Positions 57,890 to 64,000 of a stretch of 64,000 bases of DNA are shown here, piece by piece. The DNA is from Bacteroidales bacterium. Its GTDB lineage: Bacteria; Bacteroidota; Bacteroidia; Bacteroidales; VadinHA17. The stretch covers positions 74,497-138,496 of the forward strand of contig WXFD01000006.1 of NCBI GenBank assembly GCA_009877105.1, given 5' to 3'. A model generated the notes under the pieces. The model ran no database searches, was not told the DNA's origin, and worked only from the letters and a program-made list of their open reading frames with translations. Position 1 is the stretch's first letter. The number at the start of each line of letters is the position of its first letter. Made by a program: the position numbers and the translations under genes.

Positions 57890-58903
57890 TCAGCAGTTTC
57901 TGATTTCCCTGATAACCAGTTCTGGATCAAGCATGATATGGGACACTTTGGTTGAGCCGTTCATGAGATCCGTCAGAAGTTTCACAACTTCGCGTCCCAT
58001 TTCCTCGATGGGCTGCCTCACAAATGAAAGTGGCGTGGAATAAAGGTCGAATGGTTCTCCTCCGTCAAAGCCGATAAAATCAATATCCCCGGGTATTCTG
58101 ATGCAATTCTGTCTGATGTAATAAAGGCTGTTGATCGACAAGCCGTTATTGGCACAGATAAGTGCCTCGATATCGCTGTGTTTGTTAAAGAATGCCCTGA
58201 AACTGTTCTCAAAATCCTTGTACGAATGTGAGAATTTTATCTCAGCCAGGTATTTTGTATGGTCAATTCCGGCTTCTTTCAGGGCTTCGGTGTAGCCCCT
58301 TATTCTTTCTGTCATGTGAACCAGTGATGTTTTGTAGGCAACAAGCGCTATTTTCCTGTGGCCCTTTTCAACAAGGTAACGTGTTGCAATGTTGGTTCCC
58401 TTATAATTATCGAGAATGATATGATTGCAGTTTACTTCCTTAAAATACCTGTCGAACAGCACAAAGGGTTTTTTCTTTCTAACCAGTCCGTTTATCTGCT
58501 TGACAGTTCCTTCCGAGGGTATCACTATCAATCCGTCGACCTGCCGGTTAAGCAGGGTGTCAAGGACAAAAGCCGATTTGATATCATCTTCATCCGAGCT
58601 TCCAAACACAACTGTATACCCGGCCTTGAATGCTTCATCTTCGACAATCCTTGCGAACTGGCCGAAGAATGGATTGGCAATATCTGCCACAACGAGTCCG
58701 ATTGTTTTTGTTGAACCCAGCCTGAGGCTCCTGGCGATCTGATTTGGCTGATAATTGAGCTCTTCAGCTGCCCTGCGGATCTTTTTTACCGTCTCTTTCC
58801 CAACCCGCTTTTCCTTTTCCCGGCCGTTCATTACATATGAAACCAGGGCTACGGAAACTCCCACTTTCCTGGCAATATCGGTTATTGAAACCTTCTTCTC
58901 CAT
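57890..58903 (-). CDS. LacI-family transcriptional regulator
   Basis: N-terminal HTH VSITDIARKVGVSVALVSYVMNG followed by a periplasmic-binding-protein-like sugar-binding domain. Confidence 0.92.
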   Translation of the reverse strand: MEKKVSITDIARKVGVSVALVSYVMNGREKEKRVGKETVKKIRRAAEELNYQPNQIARSLRLGSTKTIGLVVADIANPFFGQFARIVEDEAFKAGYTVVFGSSDEDDIKSAFVLDTLLNRQVDGLIVIPSEGTVKQINGLVRKKKPFVLFDRYFKEVNCNHIILDNYKGTNIATRYLVEKGHRKIALVAYKTSLVHMTERIRGYTEALKEAGIDHTKYLAEIKFSHSYKDFENSFRAFFNKHSDIEALICANNGLSINSLYYIRQNCIRIPGDIDFIGFDGGEPFDLYSTPLSFVRQPIEEMGREVVKLLTDLMNGSTKVSHIMLDPELVIREIRNC

Positions 58904-58931
58904 ATGAAAACAAAATTCTACACAAATATAT

Positions 58932-58947
58932 GCTTAAACGTTTAAAT
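58932..58947. promoter_or_regulatory. Candidate LacI-family operator, site 4 (GCTTAAACGTTTAAAT), likely autoregulatory
   Basis: Perfect TTAAACGTTTAA palindrome 29 nt upstream of the lacI-family start codon. Confidence 0.6.
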
Positions 58948-59215
58948 ATAAAAATAGTTTTTGCTTATTTCAAATAAAAAATTGCCTGTTCCCTTATTCC
59001 TTTCATCTGCCGGCCCTGATCCTGTTCCAAACCATTCGGAACCGTCATCCAGATAAGGGAGTGGAAAAACGCGTGGTATAAAGAAAGACTGGCCTGGCAG
59101 TAAATGCTCACGAATGATGCAACAACTACTATAATTATCGCCGGGTAATATCACGATCCCCCCGAAGGATTCAACGGGTAATCAAAAACCATGACCGATT
59201 CGCAACAGTTGTTTC

Positions 59216-59767
59216 TTACTGTCCGTGTTCGTGATGATGAGCCTCTTCTGCATCATTGTAGGTTTTGTGAACCGTTCCTTTATGATGCTCCGGAGGTCCA
59301 TATATGGTGTAAAGCTTTAAGTCATTGGTCCCGACATTCTCAACCTTGTGCCAGTAGCCTGCAGGAACCAGCACGGACCAATCGTCGGACACTCTTTTAT
59401 CATAACTCAGGTCATCCCTGGTTTTTCCCATCAGGATCCGGGCTTCGCCCTGTTCTATACGAAAAAACTGATCATGATCATCGTGTACTTCCAGATCAAT
59501 CACTTCACCCGGCTTCAGGGACATAAATACAAGCTGTATATTGCTGCCGGTCCAGTTGGCCGCCCTGTAATTGCCATTTCCGAGAGTAGCTTCTTCAATA
59601 TTCATTGCCCAGGGCTGTCCGCCCATATCCATATTGTAATCAATTGCAGCAGATCGTTCACCCGGGACTTTAAGTCCCGAACCTCCGCCCGTTCCGGACT
59701 GACAGCCATGAATGAAAAAAATCAGTAAGCAGGCAGTGATTGAAGCAAATAAGTTCTTTTTATTCAT
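59216..59767 (-). CDS. Cupin-domain lipoprotein with a His-rich C-terminus
   Basis: Lipobox IHGCQS, the cupin motifs GEVIDLEVHDDHDQFFRIEQGEA ... VPAGYWHKVEN and the tail EEAHHHEHGQ. Confidence 0.7.
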   Translation of the reverse strand: MNKKNLFASITACLLIFFIHGCQSGTGGGSGLKVPGERSAAIDYNMDMGGQPWAMNIEEATLGNGNYRAANWTGSNIQLVFMSLKPGEVIDLEVHDDHDQFFRIEQGEARILMGKTRDDLSYDKRVSDDWSVLVPAGYWHKVENVGTNDLKLYTIYGPPEHHKGTVHKTYNDAEEAHHHEHGQ

Positions 59768-60147
59768 AATGATTGATTTTTGATTTATTGCAAGTTATGA
59801 AATTCCGCCGCCTGGCGGGCTATAAACTGATATTTGGCACAAGATCGGAGGTGTTTTTTTGCGCATCTATTCCCGGTATTTCTCAGGGGAATGCTGCCGG
59901 ACATTGGTTAAGGCAGAAATCGTACCATAAAAAGTCGCAGGGGGGGAATGACCCAGATTATGATTATCCGGCCTGACATGAAATACCCGGTTTTGTACGG
60001 GTGAAAAAATAATTTACCCAAAATTATTCCTGATTGTTCTCCCTGCATTATCTTTACCGGTCTCGTTCAAGAACATATACAGGGCGAGAATGACGATTTA
60101 ATAAAATACAATTGAAACATCCTTAAATTCTTATAAGATTCAGGGCA

Positions 60148-60978
60148 ATGGAAGAAAAACTTATTTACAGCGGTAAATCCAAAAACGTATATGAGATCAC
60201 TTCGGGCCGTTATTCGGGTAAATACAGGCTCGTTTTCAAGGATGATGCCACCGGCTATTTTGAAAATGGCAAGGCTGTTTTTGATCCGGGTTATGATACC
60301 GTGGTTGGCCAGATCCCGGGAAAAGGAGCCATTGCATGCAGATTCGCCACCCATTTCTTCAAGCTGCTTCAGGAACATGGGATCCCGTCACACTATATTG
60401 ACACAGTCAGCGACAATGAGATGATAGTGGAACCAGCACTCCCTCTGGGGATACCTGCGGACTCGCCTGAATTTCCCGGCTCGGCTCCTCTGCAGAACCT
60501 TGAGTTTACCTGGAGAAACAATGCTACCGGAAGTTTCTGGAGGAGATATCCCTTTGTAAGGCCCTGCAGGAATATTCACAAGGTGGTGGAAGCCTGGACA
60601 AAAGGTGATACTGATATTCTCATCACCTTTGAAGCATTGGAGGAAACAGGAGCAATGACCAGGGCTGAAATTGACTACAGCGTTGAGCTTGTGAAAAAAA
60701 TAGCGGAAATTGTAACCAGCGAATTTGGTTCCAAAGGACTGCATGTCCTTGACGGTAAGTTCGAGCTGGGGCGTCTGAAATACGGGGACAGGAAAATTGT
60801 GATCATAGACGAGATATCGCCCGATGTTGTACGGGTATGCAGGGGATATGCCCCCGACAAGGACGGTAATTGTACCATATACAAGGATTGCACCGTAACA
60901 AATTTCGCAGAGGGCAAACGGACCATAAAAAACAGGAACCAGGTTAAGGCAGCCGATTTTATATCTGTTTTCCTGTAA
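60148..60978 (+). CDS. purC: SAICAR-synthase-family protein (PurC-like, divergent)
   Basis: IYSGKSKNVYE, FKDDATGYF, IPGKGAIACRFATHFFKLLQEHGIPSHYI, LEFTWRNNATGSF and LDGKFELGR...IIDEISPD follow the PurC motif order, but there is an insert and an atypical C-terminus. Confidence 0.55.
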   Translation: MEEKLIYSGKSKNVYEITSGRYSGKYRLVFKDDATGYFENGKAVFDPGYDTVVGQIPGKGAIACRFATHFFKLLQEHGIPSHYIDTVSDNEMIVEPALPLGIPADSPEFPGSAPLQNLEFTWRNNATGSFWRRYPFVRPCRNIHKVVEAWTKGDTDILITFEALEETGAMTRAEIDYSVELVKKIAEIVTSEFGSKGLHVLDGKFELGRLKYGDRKIVIIDEISPDVVRVCRGYAPDKDGNCTIYKDCTVTNFAEGKRTIKNRNQVKAADFISVFL

Positions 60979-61228
60979 TCAGGTGCTTCATCCGGAACTG
61001 ATCCGCCCGCTTGGCTGAGATCAGCTTTTACCGGAGATTACGCCGGGAAGCCTTTAAAACTGCCGGGTAATACCGGTATTACCAACAACGCGGAAATACT
61101 AAAAGTCTGGCAACGGACTTGTTTGTTATCATTGTCAGCAAAACCCCCGGTTCATGGTCATTATTTTGATGCCAGGCACGGGTTTTTTATGGCTTCAGTG
61201 TCTTTTCACCTTTGAAATTCCGGCAGAA

Positions 61229-62026
61229 TTACATCTGTATTATTTCGATTTTCCTGCCTTCTGACATTTCATAGAGCCTCCTGGCCGTATCTGCCTTGTC
61301 ACGGCTGAAGGAAGGATCGATGGAATGAGCTTTCATATACGATTCATAAGCTTTGTCGTACATTTTCATATACATGTAATAGTCGCCCTTTGAATCGTAT
61401 ACGTTTGGATTACCGGGAGAAAGTTCAATATACTTATCGAAAGCCTTTTCCGCCTTGTCGTTTTGTTTGGTTGCCAGATACGCGTATCCCAGCTGATTGT
61501 AGAACGGGGCCGGATCGGGCGCAATTTCCAGGGCTTTTGACAATGTAACTATCATACCGTCATTGTCGCCCTCAAGCGACTGAAAGGAAGCAAGATTATT
61601 GTATGATTCCGGATCAGCGGGATATAACTCAATCAGCTTCTTTCCAAGATAGGCCACATCTGAATTGCCGGACATCAGGTTTTGCAGCGCCTGTTTCAGT
61701 ATCTCCTCGGCATTGCTCAGCTTGTCCCTGCAAGAAATTGCAGCCCTGGCATATTTGTAGAAATTATCAGCTTCACGGTTTAGCAGATAATAAAGAGCCA
61801 GCTGATAATTGGCCATGAAAAAACCGGGATCCTGGGAGAGGGCCCTTTTGAAGGTCTCAATGGCCCTGTCGAGTGCAACATCTTCATAGTATTTCCTGGC
61901 TTCTGTGTAAACCTTCAAAGCAGAGCTTGAACCTGTTGTCACGGGCATAAGCTTTTTTATGTCAGTCTGGGCATAAACCAGAAGTCCTGCTGAAATCAGG
62001 AATATGACAATTAATAGCTTTTTCAT
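61229..62026 (-). CDS. Tetratricopeptide-repeat protein, secreted
   Basis: Signal peptide followed by repeated A..Y..A/LG..Y 34-residue TPR-like units. Confidence 0.75.
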   Translation of the reverse strand: MKKLLIVIFLISAGLLVYAQTDIKKLMPVTTGSSSALKVYTEARKYYEDVALDRAIETFKRALSQDPGFFMANYQLALYYLLNREADNFYKYARAAISCRDKLSNAEEILKQALQNLMSGNSDVAYLGKKLIELYPADPESYNNLASFQSLEGDNDGMIVTLSKALEIAPDPAPFYNQLGYAYLATKQNDKAEKAFDKYIELSPGNPNVYDSKGDYYMYMKMYDKAYESYMKAHSIDPSFSRDKADTARRLYEMSEGRKIEIIQM

Positions 62027-62167
62027 TTTTTTTACATAATGGTTCCTATAAACAATTGAACCCAGGGTTCAGTTCACTTTTCCCGGGGTCGTATAACATC
62101 AGCAAATATCATGCAATTCAGACCCGGTAGAACAGGGAATTTGTCATAATTTCCAAAGCATTGCTTA

Positions 62168-63184
62168 TCAGCCGCGCGGATTGAAGCTGACAGTTGTTAC
62201 AAGTGCCATGATCTTTTCCAGTTCATTACCGGTAAAACTTATATTTTCGAGTGCCCTGATGTTCCCGGCAAGCTGGCTTGCAGAACTGACCCCGATTATA
62301 ACCGAGGTTACCCGTTCATCCCGCAGCAGCCAGGCGATTGCCATTTGTGCAAGTGTCTGGCCCCTTTGCAAAGCTAATTCATTCAGCTTTCCTATAACGG
62401 AAATTAGCTCGGGAGTGATGAATGAAGGTTTCAGGAAGTGGGCTTTTGCAGCGCGGGAGTCTGACGGAATACCTTTCAGATACCTGTCAGATAATACACC
62501 TTGTGCCAGGGGAGAGAATGCCACAAACCCGAGTCCGCCTGATCCTATAACATCCAGGAGGCCGCTTTCAACCTTCCTGTCGAGCATTGAATACCTCGAC
62601 TGGTGCAACAGGCAGGGGGTACCAAGCTCTTTCAGGATCCGGATTGCCTTCTCTGTTTGTTCCGGGGAATAATTTGAGATACCGGCATACAATGCCTTAC
62701 CGCTCCTGACTATGTGATCGAGAGCCATCATTGTCTCTTCAACAGGGGTTTCAGGATCAAACCTGTGGGAGTAGAATATATCGACATAATCAAGGCCCAT
62801 TCTCTTAAGACTCTGATCAAGGCTGGCAATGAGATACTTTCTTGAACCCCATTCGCCATAAGGTCCCTCCCACATAAGATAACCGGCCTTGGTGGCTATC
62901 ACCATTTCGTCCCTGTATGCAGAAAAATCCTTCCTTAGTATCGTTCCAAAGACCTCTTCGGCCGACCCGGGAGGAGGTCCGTAATTGTTTGCCAGATCGA
63001 AATAAGTTATCCCGCTGTCGAAGGCGGTCCTGATTATCTCTCTTGAATTATTGAAATTATCTGCAAAGCCGAAATTGTGCCACAGGCCAAGGGAAATTGC
63101 AGGTAAAAGCAGGCCGCTTTTTCCGCATCGGTTATATTTCATGTTCTTATACCTGTTGACTGATACCTGGTGATTCTCTGTCAT
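62168..63184 (-). CDS. Aldo-keto reductase, YghZ/L-glyceraldehyde-3-phosphate-reductase-like
   Basis: YNRCGKSGLLLPAISLGLWHNFG start block and AKR motifs throughout. I chose the ATG at 63184; the track start is 63292. Confidence 0.85.
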   Translation of the reverse strand: MTENHQVSVNRYKNMKYNRCGKSGLLLPAISLGLWHNFGFADNFNNSREIIRTAFDSGITYFDLANNYGPPPGSAEEVFGTILRKDFSAYRDEMVIATKAGYLMWEGPYGEWGSRKYLIASLDQSLKRMGLDYVDIFYSHRFDPETPVEETMMALDHIVRSGKALYAGISNYSPEQTEKAIRILKELGTPCLLHQSRYSMLDRKVESGLLDVIGSGGLGFVAFSPLAQGVLSDRYLKGIPSDSRAAKAHFLKPSFITPELISVIGKLNELALQRGQTLAQMAIAWLLRDERVTSVIIGVSSASQLAGNIRALENISFTGNELEKIMALVTTVSFNPRG

Positions 63185-63419
63185 ACTTAACTTTTTGAGA
63201 TGGATCCTGGATGGTCCAAATTTATGAAAATTCCCAATCCTTTCTCCATCCCGGATATGATCGGGGCGACTGGCGCTGGTGACGGGCATCACCGGTAGGG
63301 ATCCCGTCCGAAAAACAAAAAACGCAATTCTGCCCTCAATTCGTTACAAATTTCTGTTTGAACTGAAGCATCGTATTCAAATAAGTTTATTTATATTTAC
63401 CATAACTAACCTGACATCA

Positions 63420-63433
63420 GTGTGTGTGTGTGT
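63420..63433. repeat. (GT)7 dinucleotide repeat in a divergent intergenic region
   Basis: gtgtgtgtgtgtgt read directly from the sequence. Confidence 0.9.
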
Positions 63434-63529
63434 TTTAGTATTATGTTAAAGCCTGAATTTTAACCTTGCTTTTCCATAGCTTTGTAAATATTAATTATTT
63501 CAATTCCAGGAGGATTTTTATCTATAGAC

Positions 63530-64000
63530 ATGGAAACAACCAGTAACCCTGCTGAAGGATCCGTTTCGTATGAGGCGTACAACAAGCTTCAGGACCTTTA
63601 TATCGAACTGCTTGAAAAACACAAGGAACTCACCGGGGAAGTGCCGTTCCAAACTGCAAAACCAAAAAGGAAGAACCTGGCGGTTCCGTTTTCAAAGGCA
63701 GACTGGGCGGCGACCCTTAATATTGGGGGTGAAGAACGGAAATACGATCTGAGTCCGGTATTTAGAATGATTGAAAATGAGGGTCTGGAATATTTTGAAG
63801 ATACCCTCCGGGCTGTACATGAGAATTATGCGGTGTTTTATATTACCGAGCTGGAGCGTGTGCTGAACACCCCTCCCGAGACTCACGACTGGTTCAGGGG
63901 GACACTGAAAAATTTCCAGTCTGAACTTTCACTGATCAAGAAGCTGGCTGATGCCTTCAGGGCAGTCAGGGAAGTTGAACCGCAATCACAGGCCGGCACA
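63530..64000 (+). CDS. Hypothetical protein, 5' part only (the ORF runs off the window end); absent from the ORF track
   Basis: The ATG at 63530 is followed by 157 codons without a stop (METTSNPAEGSVSYEAYNKLQDLYIELLEKHKELTGE...). I recognised no motif. Confidence 0.5.
   Translation, partial: METTSNPAEGSVSYEAYNKLQDLYIELLEKHKELTGEVPFQTAKPKRKNLAVPFSKADWAATLNIGGEERKYDLSPVFRMIENEGLEYFEDTLRAVHENYAVFYITELERVLNTPPETHDWFRGTLKNFQSELSLIKKLADAFRAVREVEPQSQAGT

Noticed and set aside
59768-60147. A ZTP (pfl) or purine riboswitch upstream of the purC-like gene, suggested by CCGCCGCCTGGCGGGC at about 59806-59821
   Set aside because: Only the short CCGCCTGG-like piece is present. The upstream ACTGGCG/GGGTCG sub-domain is absent and would fall inside the neighbouring cupin gene. 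There is no purine-riboswitch junction consensus.

Overview
The window reads as a Bacteroidota chromosome segment, probably from an anaerobe. Support for the phylum: a SusC/SusD pair, many lipoproteins with Cys lipoboxes, a TAnnTTTG-type -7 element and an HmuY/TonB-receptor pair. Support for anaerobiosis: a superoxide reductase, a futalosine-pathway fragment and a hydrogenase-related membrane complex. I saw no rRNA and no CRISPR array. Layout: (1) 1-4.9 kb is a housekeeping block: mqnC-like 3' end, a tatA gene missing from the ORF track, rseP, dxr, an M23 peptidase, a superoxide reductase and an initiator-type tRNA-Met. (2) 4.9-12.1 kb is an accessory island that starts at the tRNA 3' end and is split into two cassettes by three copies of a hairpin-rich repeat. 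Cassette 1 is A+T-rich and holds a CGNR zinc-finger protein, an HExxH membrane protein, a QueG-like Fe-S protein and a truncated DUF6602-like gene. Cassette 2 holds a truncated IS200-like/RAYT Y1 transposase flanked by inverted REP-like hairpins, a deletion derivative of a DDE IS element, and a DUF2335 gene pair. (3) 12.4-20.4 kb holds hmuY plus a TonB-dependent receptor, then a DUF4838 / DUF5009 / unknown-lipoprotein trio. (4) 23.0-30.2 kb holds a six-gene Hyf/Mbh-like membrane complex. Its NuoCD-like large subunit lacks all four [NiFe] cysteine ligands, and its NuoB-like subunit keeps only two of four cluster cysteines but carries an extra single-cluster ferredoxin-like domain. This fits an Ehr-type complex of unknown function, and I rate it the most interesting locus. 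(5) 30-42 kb holds assorted genes: an EamA transporter, a lipoprotein gene broken by an in-frame TAG, a serine hydrolase, a PLP decarboxylase, an orphan rtcB and an M28 peptidase. (6) 42.2-58.9 kb holds a polysaccharide-utilization-type supercluster: PKD lipoprotein, CocE/NonD hydrolase, two GH172/DUF2961 genes, SusD, SusC, a penicillin-acylase-family Ntn hydrolase, an unknown lipoprotein and a LacI regulator. It is bracketed by four copies of a GCTTAAACGTTTAAGC-type palindrome that occurs nowhere else in the window. (7) 59-64 kb holds a cupin lipoprotein, a divergent purC-like gene, a TPR protein, an aldo-keto reductase and an open-ended ORF. All family assignments come from remembered motifs, not database searches.
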